Shown here piece after piece: positions 54,015-64,000 of a stretch of 64,000 nt of DNA (positions within the stretch are counted from its first letter, which is position 1; each line of letters starts with the position of its first letter). A model generated the notes under the pieces. That model was not told the DNA's origin, searched no databases, and saw only the letters and a program-made list of their open reading frames with translations. Both the position numbers and the translations under genes were made by a program. The DNA is taken from NCBI RefSeq assembly GCF_036588685.1, contig NC_086378.1, positions 26,908,001-26,972,000 on the forward strand, read 5' to 3'. Source of the stretch: Mytilus trossulus. Its lineage: Eukaryota.

Positions 54015-57000
54015 ATGGCTGCCGTTGATATGGACACAGCAAAATTTGAAAAGTGAACCATTTACGGCCTTCAACAATGAGAAAATCAAATGCATTATAT
54101 TTAGTTAGAATTTGTTGAAAAAATATGAAAAGTGAAGCATTTACGGGCTTCAACAATGAGCGAAACCAAAAAAATGCATTATATTTAGAAGTTGCTTTAA
54201 AAAATATGTAAAATGAAGCATTTTCGACCTTCACCAATGAGCTAATAGCAGCTGTTGCCTAAAGAGTGTTTCAATGGAAGTCGCGAATTTCTGTATTCTT
54301 CCCATTATGATGTCATTGGTCTATATTCTTTATTTTTGTTTAATTATTTTGTTAAAATTTCTTTATACTTTACCACCCTATTAGCCTTTATTTTTTATAT
54401 TGGGCTATAAAAGCGTATAGTATGCAGTTACAGTTTAAGATGCCATAAATAAATTAATATAATTTCTGACACTATAAATTCTGTTAATAAGATATTTATT
54501 TAGGCGCTCCATATAAATAACATGATAAGAATCAATCAAGTTCATATGGACAGGTTACTCGGACATTTTTCTATAAATAGAGAATCAGGTGAAAGCTGCA
54601 TGGGTTCTTATTATAGGACATTAATCACGACCAGGTCAAAAATGTTGCATAATTAGTAAAGGTTGAATCAAGTGCATTTGGTTACTATGCAATTATTCTA
54701 TAAATAGTAAAATCACGTGAAGGCCGCGTGGAGTCTGCATGCACAAAGCGAGATAGATATTGTTCGGAACCAAATTGCGTTCTGAAATTCTCTTGACTTT
54801 TTATTACTTTAACATATTCCCAATCATTTATTTATTTAGTATATTGATATATAATTTATTTAGAGTCAGGTGTTTGACGTCAGAATGTAAACGTCACACA
54901 GGCATAAGAGATATAAAATAATTATGAAGTTCTAAGTTATTTCAAAATTATAATAGAACAACGTTGATCGATTTGTTTGCAGAGCCATAAAATCGGCATC
55001 TCCAAAAGGTAAATGCATGGACTCAGCAGGCGAAGGTGAATATACGTGTAACAACATATTCAGAGGTTTGGCTATTATAATCTGCAATGAAAATTTCAAA
55101 GAACCTAATAAACCCCGCCGCTGTTGTGATGATGATTTACAGCTAACGAAGGAGACATTTTCGAAATTACAATTTTTAGTGATGGCTTTCAAAGATTTGA
55201 CAGGAAGACAGATAGGCTTGGTTTTCGATATTGGTAAGACAAAAATGCTAATATACAGCTCCCTCTTTCTCTTTGTTTCTCTAAGACACATACATTTCTC
55301 TCTTAGACTAGCTCTTTCTTTCTGATACGTGCGCCTCTGTCTATTTCATAGAATCTTTATTCTTAGAATCAATTAAACTAATTTTCTGTCAGAGTTGAAA
55401 TGATCTCAACAGCCGTTCTCTCGCTTTTATAGTAAGTAACATCAACATGTAGCCTTCAGCACTACGTTTTCCCCCCTCTAATTTTAACGTTGATAAGAAT
55501 AAAATTTCAGCACCAATTACATGAAATTGAGAATAGAAACGGGGAATATACCAAAGAGATAACAACTAGACCAAAGTGCAAAAAAAATGTATTTCTGTCT
55601 GGTTTTGTTTACTTTTTCCTTATTAACAGAAAAAAATGTAAAATTGTTTCCTATAAAAAACAGCCTAGCCAGTCGACACTACATCTTTTATATAGCTTTG
55701 AATTTCAAATATTTTGGCCACGAGCATCACTGAAGAAACATATATTGTCGAAATGCGCATCTGGTGCAGCAAAACTGGTACCGTTAATGTTATTCGATAT
55801 TATGATAAAATTTTACATGCTTAAAAGTTAGTTAAAACAGCAAATATTGGCTGAATGCTATCCGTACAAATTGAAAACAAAATGTATCTGAAAATGTTTA
55901 AAATAATAAAAATTCCTACTTTCAACCTGTCCTTGTAAATAAGGTCTGTATAATACGGTAAAAAGATTGCATGATGACTTCCTAAAAGTAAAAAGATGAG
56001 GTATGATTGCCAATGAGACAACTCTCTACAAGTGACCAAATGGCACAACTATAGGTCACAGTACGGACTTCGATTATAAGCAAATCCCATACACTTTATT
56101 TATAACAGGAGAAACAATATAGATAGGTTTTACCAAGAATTACAGTACAACGCTTTTAGCGCAACTACATTATCAATTAATCATATTTGTGATGCATGAA
56201 ACAGTAATACTGACGTATTGTATAATATTAGCCGCAGGACAAGAGGAGTTCCATATGAAATCAGACTGCTTTGCCTGTGTTGTTGCAAGTCATGGAAACG
56301 AGCGATATAGACCTGTTGATGACAAAAAGCCACCTGGGTTGTATTTCAGAGACCACTGTGTCTATGGAATAGACAATGAACCAGTCGCAACAAAACAGAT
56401 TGTTAAAAAGTTCTCTGAAGTTACATCCCTTGAAAATAAACCTAAGCTTTTCTTTATACAGGTAAGTTTTCAAGAAGATTGTATTGATAAGTTAAAATAA
56501 GTATGGGAAAAATGTTTTTCTAATTGAAATTGTTTAATGTGCCAACTATTTTTGTAAAATTATGGTATTTTTTCATACTGTGTTTTTCTTTTGATTTTTT
56601 TTTTTATATATTCATAGAAAAGTCTTTAGAGTATTGATGGAGACTACCAAAGATCTTGCAACATCTATCGTTTAATATATAACATACAACATGTAATATG
56701 AAAAATAACAAAAAAGAAAAGGTTTCATTTCTTTGATCATGTAGCAGAATGGGACATCTAGTTGCAGGCATTCGATCTTTCCCTTTTAAATTGGTAGTTT
56801 AATTAACAAAAGGTAATATTATTTTTGATTTATTGAAATCGGTCCAGAAAAAGCAACAAACTCAATGATAGCGGTATCACACTTACACTACCCAGATGGT
56901 TTTTTTAAGAGTGTGGAATAGATCCTCCTTTTGATGTTATTTTGTTTATTTAATAATTTAGATATTTATTTCATTCAGGCTTGTCGTATTGTCCCGAACG

Positions 57001-58524
57001 GGATATGTTCTATAGACGAAGGACATACTGTAAGTGTAGACCCCTCAAATTTCCAAGACGAAGTGATATTAAAAAATGCAGATGATATTCCGGAACCAAG
57101 CTTTTTCGATAGATTATTAGGAAGAAAAACCAATACAATGGACACCCCAAAGATAATCCGTGTTCTTGATCCACCATGCGAAGATGATTGTCTCATTGTT
57201 TATTCATCTAACTCAGGTATTATGTTATAAATGTACAAAAACCATACACTTATGAATGTTAAGTGTACACATATTCGCAGACATGGAAAATGGCCTATGG
57301 AAACTCGTGGGTTGCTGCACGTAGAATCACGTGAACAGTTTATTAGGAAACTGTATCAAATAAAAGCAACAGTAGTATACCGATGTTCGAAATTCATAGA
57401 TCTATTGAGAAAAAAACAAATTCGGGTAAAAAACTAAAACTGAGGGTAAATTAACACATCAAATATAAGAGGAGAACTACGATTCAATTCTTAACAGAAA
57501 AACAACATTAAAATGTAACACACACAGTAACGAACTATAATATAACAATGGCCATTTTCCTGACTTGGTACAGGACATTTTTTTAGAAAAAAATTGGTGG
57601 GTTGAACCTGGTTTTGTGGCATGCCAAACCTCCCGCTTTTATGGCAATGTTGAATATAACATTAAAATAACAACATTACATGACAGGACTACAATCCACT
57701 TAATTGGAGAACATATAGGACAGAGAAACACACGAATAATAGCTAACAAAAGGTACCAGGCGCGTGTTTCGTCCACACAAGACCAACCAGTGACGCTCTG
57801 ATGAAAAAAGGTCGAAACACAGACAGACTTAAATGGTATTTGAATATAAGATATATACCTTAACTATCTAAAGGGCTAATCAATTGTTTAATCATCCCGC
57901 ACGATATTTATTTTTCTTTTTAAACGCGGTTATGCTGTGTGTGTATGCGAGTGCGGACGAACGATCAAGATACTGTGTATATACGTTGTCTTTAAGTGAA
58001 TTAAATCAATGTTAGATGTTGTACACATTATATGAAACACAAAGTACTAATTAAATAATTAACCAAATAATATTTGTTTAAGAACAACCGATATATAAAG
58101 GAAACTTAGTCCATTTGGTATGAAGAACAACCACAACACTGTCGTGTGTGTATTATATTGATTGTGAACTTCTATTAATTTCACATGTTTGTCGCATCAT
58201 GTAAATCCACCATCATGTCTGATGTTTAATTCTATGTACCCCCCTTTTTTTTTTTTTTTTACAGAAAAGGAGTCTTACGGGAGGCATGCTAGTTATATAA
58301 ATGGTGGTTGGATGTTAATATCTTTATATAATGCAGTGGACAAATATTTGCAGGCTCTACACATTAACATGATAAACCGTATCGATATAATAGATGTTTT
58401 ATATGAGATGACAAGTTACGTTGCCAAGAGAATGGAAGTATATTCAAAAGAAACTGCTTATCAAAAGCGTAAGGCAGCTATAGTTTTCGAACACTGTTTT
58501 CACAGAGAGTTATTTTTCAAATAG
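54015..58524 (+). CDS. Caspase paralog C (caspase-3/7-like), exons 54015-54052 (putative), 54983-55233, 56232-56461, 56979-57216, 58265-58524; ~338 aa
   Basis: RGLAIIICNENF, DCFACVVASHG, KPKLFFIQ|ACRI, DCLIVYSS, GGWML; same intron phases as A and B. The first exon MAAVDMDTAKFEK is phase-compatible but has a weak donor (gtgaac). Met 55017 is an alternative start. Confidence 0.87.
55724..55767 (+). ncRNA. Minimal type I hammerhead ribozyme of a second sequence family, in a caspase C intron
   Basis: gcatca-CTGAAGA-aaca tatat tgtc-GAAA-tgcgca-TC-tggtgc; the first stem II pair is an A-C mismatch. Confidence 0.7.
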
Positions 58525-59272
58525 TTGAATTTCAAAATCATGTTAATTACTATTAATTAGATTGCTTTATATTCATATATATGTTTATCACAATGGCTGA
58601 ATGCTTTATTATTCACACTAAGTATTGACGACACTTTGAAACATTCCCTTGAACACCTTCTTTTCATATGATATCCTTCGAATTTTAGTGGATTGGACTA
58701 AGATTTACTTAGTAAAAATGTTGATGTCCAGGCACAAACTGGGTAAATCCCTTTGTATTCATACATACTACTTAATAGCATGACAGGCCGGTGAATCTAA
58801 TGTTTTACTGGTCAGATGAAGCGTGTTTGAAGAGAAGAGTCAGTAATTCCTATACATGTATCATTGTCATTTTGTTTAGTTTCTTTTGTTATCATTTCTG
58901 ACATTGGACCCGAACTTCTTTCAAACTGAGTTTTACTGTGTGTAGTGTTGTGTGTTTGTTTTTCTACATTGGCTAGTGGTATAAGGGAGGTTTGAGATTT
59001 CAAAAACATGTTTAACACATTTTAACGCTTTTTTTGGCCTTTTTTAGTCTTGTATGCTTTAATTTTTTGTTTTTTTTATATATTTTGAGGTTTAGTAATA
59101 CGTCCATTATCACTTAACTAATACATATTTTTGTTTAGAGGTCAGCTGAAGCACGCCCTGTGAGTAGTATTTTCGTGCTGTATTGAAGACCCATTAGTGG
59201 TCTTGTCTGTTTTCTGCTCATTGGTCGGGTTGTTATCTCTTTGACACATTCCCCATTTCCATTCTCAATTTT

Positions 59273-61038
59273 ATGAGTCTTATGTAGACGAAACGCGCGT
59301 CATAATCCTGGTACTTTTGATAACTATTTACACCACTGGGTCGATGCCACTGCTGGTGGACGTTTCGTCCCCGAGGGTATCACCAGCCCAGTAGTCAGCA
59401 CTTCGGTGTTGACATGAATATCAATTATATGGTCATTTTTATAAATTTTCTGTTTACAAAACTTTGAATTATTAAAAAAACTAAGGATTTTCTTACCCCA
59501 GGAGTAGATTACCTTAGCCGTATTTGGCACAACTTTTTGGAATTTTGGGTCCTCAATGCTCTTCAACTTTGTATTTGTTTGGCTTTTCAACTATTTTGAT
59601 CTGAGCGTCACTGATGAGTCTTATGTAGACGAAACGCGCGTCATAATCCTGGTACTTTTGATAACTATTTACACCACTGGGTCGATGCCACTGCTGGTGG
59701 ACGTTTCGTCCCCGAGGGTATCACCAGCCCAGTAGTCAGCACTTCGGTGTTGACATGAATATCAATTATATGGTCATTTTTATAAATTTTCTGTTTACAA
59801 AACTTTGAATTATTAAAAAAACTAAGGATTTTCTTACCCCAGGAGTAGATTACCTTAGCCGTATTTGGCACAACTTTTTGGAATTTTGGGTCCTCAATGC
59901 TCTTCAACTTTGTATTTGTTTGGCTTTTCAACTATTTTGATCTGAGCGTCACTGATGAGTCTTATGTAGACGAAACGCGCGTCATAATCCTGGTACTTTT
60001 GATAACTATTTACACCACTGGGTCGATGCCACTGCTGGTGGACGTTTCGTCCCCGAGGGTATCACCAGCCCAGTAGTCAGCACTTCGGTGTTGACATGAA
60101 TATCAATTATATGGTCATTTTTATAAATTTTCTGTTTACAAAACTTTGAATTATTAAAAAAACTAAGGATTTTCTTACCCCAGGAGTAGATTACCTTAGC
60201 CGTATTTGGCACAACTTTTTGGAATTTTGGGTCCTCAATGCTCTTCAACTTTGTATTTGTTTGGCTTTTCAACTATTTTGATCTGAGCGTCACTGATGAG
60301 TCTTATGTAGACGAAACGCGCGTCATAATCCTGGTACTTTTGATAACTATTTACACCACTGGGTCGATGCCACTGCTGGTGGACGTTTCGTCCCCGAGGG
60401 TATCACCAGCCCAGTAGTCAGCACTTCGGTGTTGACATGAATATCAATTATATGGTCATTTTTATAAATTTTCTGTTTACAAAACTTTGAATTATTAAAA
60501 AAACTAAGGATTTTCTTACCCCAGGAGTAGATTACCTTAGCCGTATTTGGCACAACTTTTTGGAATTTTGGGTCCTCAATGCTCTTCAACTTTGTATTTG
60601 TTTGGCTTTTCAACTATTTTGATCTGAGCGTCACTGATGAGTCTTATGTAGACGAAACGCGCGTCATAATCCTGGTACTTTTGATAACTATTTACACCAC
60701 TGGGTCGATGCCACTGCTGGTGGACGTTTCGTCCCCGAGGGTATCACCAGCCCAGTAGTCAGCACTTCGGTGTTGACATGAATATCAATTATATGGTCAT
60801 TTTTATAAATTTTCTGTTTACAAAACTTTGAATTATTAAAAAAACTAAGGATTTTCTTACCCCAGGAGTAGATTACCTTAGCCGTATTTGGCACAACTTT
60901 TTGGAATTTTGGGTCCTCAATGCTCTTCAACTTTGTATTTGTTTGGCTTTTCAACTATTTTGATCTGAGCGTCACTGATGAGTCTTATGTAGACGAAACG
61001 CGCGTCATAATCCTGGTACTTTTGATAACTATTTACAC
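59273..61038 (+). repeat. 341-bp x ~5.2 tandem array of a hammerhead-containing unit (non-LTR retrozyme-like)
   Basis: Five identical 88-aa ORFs are spaced 341 bp apart. Each unit carries gcgtca-CTGATGA-gtcttatgtagac-GAAAC-gcgc-GTC and is homologous to the dispersed copy at 6480-6662. Confidence 0.92.
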
Positions 61039-62320
61039 TTGTGTTATACATGCTATCATCCCATACATTCCCTGTTATGTGGATATCAATCAACTAAGAG
61101 CTTGATAAATTCCTTCGCGAGAAACCAAAATGTGTTCCGCATCTTAAAGCAATTGGAAAGCTTTTCAGAATAACATCCTTGACAAAATTGCAAAATTTTG
61201 TAGCAAGTGGGGCAAACAAGAAAAAGTTGAACAAACCGATAATGTGGTATGGGCTTTGGTCATTGTTGAAGGCCGCATCGTGACCTATAGCTGTACATTT
61301 CTGTGTCATGTGGTCTCTTGTGAAGAGTTGTGTCATTGTTAATAATACCACATTTTTTTTTATATATATTATAGATAAATGAACATTGATAGCAGATGTC
61401 TCATAGAATAATGATTGATTGATTTTTAGTTGGTTCGTGTCCGATGGAAACATTTGTTTGCATGTTCAGGATTAGAACATATTTACCACTAAATACAATA
61501 GGTAGGACCTGTAATAGAGGCCGTTCGTAGTAAATGTTGTTGAACGTGAGACTGCATATCCGATGTATTTAGAATAAGATCTAAACTTCAATCATTACAC
61601 ATGCCTAATCACCAGCGGATGTGCAGTAAACAGTGGTGGCATTTCCGTTAAGAATTGAGATTTTTCAACTTTAAATTATTCAGTATTTTCCCCCATAGTG
61701 GTATCATAAATAAATTTAGTAAGCCAATTGAATGGACTTTTGTTAAAACATGATTCGCATTGTTTTGTTGTGATAATATCCGATCTCAATTAAGTCCTAA
61801 AAGATATATAACATGTTATTCCTTGACATATTTAAGGTTTTCTGGCTTAACAATTGTAAAAGTTGGTTATGGCAGGATATTTAATTATAAAATATAGTAA
61901 AAGGTATTAGATTATGGTTGTCAGACATAGAACACTTGTCATCATTTGATTTGCATTCGTCCCTCAAACTTATAGTTTACTTCACTAGTTTGTGAATATT
62001 TCAAATCATTCATTAGATGGTTGGTATTTATTATCTAAGCTGCACACATTACTTATGATGTAAGCAGTTGTTACCCTCAAAAGCCTTAAATCCTGGTAGA
62101 CAAAATGTAGCTGTAACAATTATAGTTTGTTTTCCGTTACACTTATATATTTTATATATGTATACAGGATTCATTGTGTTCTTTACAATGTAATATGTCT
62201 ACCTATCCCATTGATAAATGAATTGGAATAATACACATTATTCACCAAATAGCTATTTAACACGGATATCGATGTTATACTGGAAGAACACATTTGAACT
62301 TATTGCGCATCTTATGAAGT

Positions 62321-63421
62321 TCATGGGTTTTGTTCAACAGTTGATATTGCATCATCGTCATCGTCGTCAATATTCCATTCATGTACGAGAACATTCGGCG
62401 AGCCGTAGTCGTGACTAGTTATTAACGTGTCCAGTTTTTCAGGAACATATTTTACTTCAAATCTTTTGTCATGTGTGAGTGTTATGTTCAGAATTTCAGC
62501 TACTATTCCGAGGTAGACATCATCAATAAATATTTGTTTCACGTGAGGAAAAGTCTTTGATATTTCTTTTACCACGTCCATAGAGAGTAACATAGATCCG
62601 CCACTAATGTATGGAGGCCAATGTTTGTTAGGGTACTCGTCGGTAGATACGTACCATTTAGATTCTTTCTTTCTACGAACTACAGCATGTTCATACTTAA
62701 AACCAATGAACACATTCTCGTCTTCAAATTCAGTAATATTTTCTATAAGATCTAATAGTAGTGGTATGTTTACATAATAGTCATCGTCTACAAACAGAAC
62801 AAACTTAGCTTGACTGCAGTCAGACACAGCCCAGTTAAATCCCATTATAGTCTTTAGAGTATTGTTTTTATACTCGTCCATGAAGTCCTCTTGCACCATG
62901 TCTTCATACAAATCATATTCCATCTTAGTAAATGACGTTATTAGCGGTGAATCCCCTAATAAAAACGCTATTTGTATTGAATTGTTTGTAAAGTTTCCCC
63001 AAGTTGCTCGGATAGCCATGCGATGTCCAATTTGAAAGACATTAGATTTTACTAAAATTAATAATCTTGGGTCAACAGGATTACCGGTTGATTTACAAAC
63101 ACGGGATGGTATACGTTTATATCTATATGGATGTGGATTGATAATTTCGTCAAACAATACTCGAGGTTTGACAGTTGCATTACCTAATGTGGTAGTTTCG
63201 GTCGGAATGGTAGGAACGGTTGTGGCATATTTTGTTCTTGGGAAAGCTGTGATGATTAATGGCGGCAATTCTATTTCATCTGTTGGTATTGAGATTTCGT
63301 TTAATGTTGTGACTTCTATTTTCACGTGACGAGAAAGAACCATTAGCATAACACTTGATATACTGACCAGTAAGATAACTGCTGGTAATGTGCGCAGAAT
63401 TTTGATTATTTGTCTGTTCAT
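62321..63421 (-). CDS. GT31 beta-1,3-galactosyl/GlcNAc-transferase (Galactosyl_T; brainiac/B3GALT-like), type II membrane protein, 366 aa
   Basis: N-terminal TM, Thr/Pro stem, RMAIRATWG, DFMDEYKNNTLKT, FVDDDYYV, WPPYISGG, IDDVYLG. One coding exon, with an upstream acceptor at ~63476. Confidence 0.93.
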   Translation of the reverse strand: MNRQIIKILRTLPAVILLVSISSVMLMVLSRHVKIEVTTLNEISIPTDEIELPPLIITAFPRTKYATTVPTIPTETTTLGNATVKPRVLFDEIINPHPYRYKRIPSRVCKSTGNPVDPRLLILVKSNVFQIGHRMAIRATWGNFTNNSIQIAFLLGDSPLITSFTKMEYDLYEDMVQEDFMDEYKNNTLKTIMGFNWAVSDCSQAKFVLFVDDDYYVNIPLLLDLIENITEFEDENVFIGFKYEHAVVRRKKESKWYVSTDEYPNKHWPPYISGGSMLLSMDVVKEISKTFPHVKQIFIDDVYLGIVAEILNITLTHDKRFEVKYVPEKLDTLITSHDYGSPNVLVHEWNIDDDDDDAISTVEQNP

Positions 63422-63602
63422 ATTGTACTCTTCTGTTACATGAAAAAAGACTAGCTTCGTTTATATTCATCCAGTCTGAAACAAAGATATGGCTTATATT
63501 AAGATCATGAAAATAAAGTTAGACAAAAAGTAAATAAAAGTAAATATAAATATACACCAAATGGTTAGCAAGTCGATTACAAAAGTAACCAAAAAATGTA
63601 CA

Positions 63603-63910
63603 CGGAGGCGTCTATTAAAGTGTGTATGTGTTTGTAGATGGAGGCGTCTATCAAAGTGTATATGTGTTTGTAGATGGAGGCGTCTATTAAAGTGTATATG
63701 TGTTTGTAGATGGAGGCGTCTATTAAAGTGTATATGTGTTTGTAGATGGAGGCGTCTATTAAAGTGTATTTGTAGATGGAGGCGTCTATTAAAGTGTGTA
63801 TGTGTTTGTAAATGGAGGCGTCTATTATAGTGTATATGTGTTTATAGATCGAGGCGTCTATTAAAGTGTATATGTGTTTTTAGATGGAGGCGTCTATTAA
63901 AGTGTGTGTG
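63603..63910. repeat. 36-bp minisatellite (gatggaggcgtctattaaagtgtatatgtgtttgta)
   Basis: About 8 head-to-tail copies; they explain the CRWRRLLK ORF. Confidence 0.92.
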
Positions 63911-64000
63911 TGTTTGTGAGTGTGTGAGAAAGAGATACATTTTCTGGAATCTTCGTAAATAAGTTCTTTTAAAATTGATTTGTATTAGAAGCACATAGAA

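Noticed and set aside
59324-60954. Five identical 88-aa ORFs as a tandem gene family
   Set aside because: They begin at TTG rather than ATG, have no recognisable domain and are a by-product of the 341-bp repeat.
63561-63830. Cys/Arg-rich antimicrobial-like peptide (CRWRRLLK)n
   Set aside because: Translation of a 36-bp minisatellite; no signal peptide.

Overview
AT-rich, intron-containing animal genomic DNA. The repeat content and gene types suggest a bivalve, probably a Mytilus-type mussel (inference). There are no prokaryotic features or CRISPR arrays. Genes reconstructed by hand from GT-AG sites and intron phases: (1) a secreted PAN/Apple + C-type lectin gene (+, 363-8287); (2) three divergent caspase paralogs, A (-, 13478-18904, 5' exon not found), B (-, 31216-35912, complete, 382 aa) and C (+, ~54015-58524), all with non-canonical catalytic pentapeptides (QACRS, QACRT, QACRI) and remodelled substrate loops; (3) a GT31 beta-1,3-glycosyltransferase with a single coding exon (-, 62321-63421). 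Mobile DNA includes a CR1/L2-type LINE with an esterase ORF1 that is split by a 3.9-kb TIR transposon, a truncated Harbinger transposase, Helentron-type non-autonomous elements, MITEs, tRNA-SINEs and several satellites. The window also has minimal type I hammerhead ribozymes: dispersed copies and a 341-bp x ~5.2 retrozyme-like array. Every unit of that array lacks the 14 nt immediately 3' of the ribozyme cleavage site.
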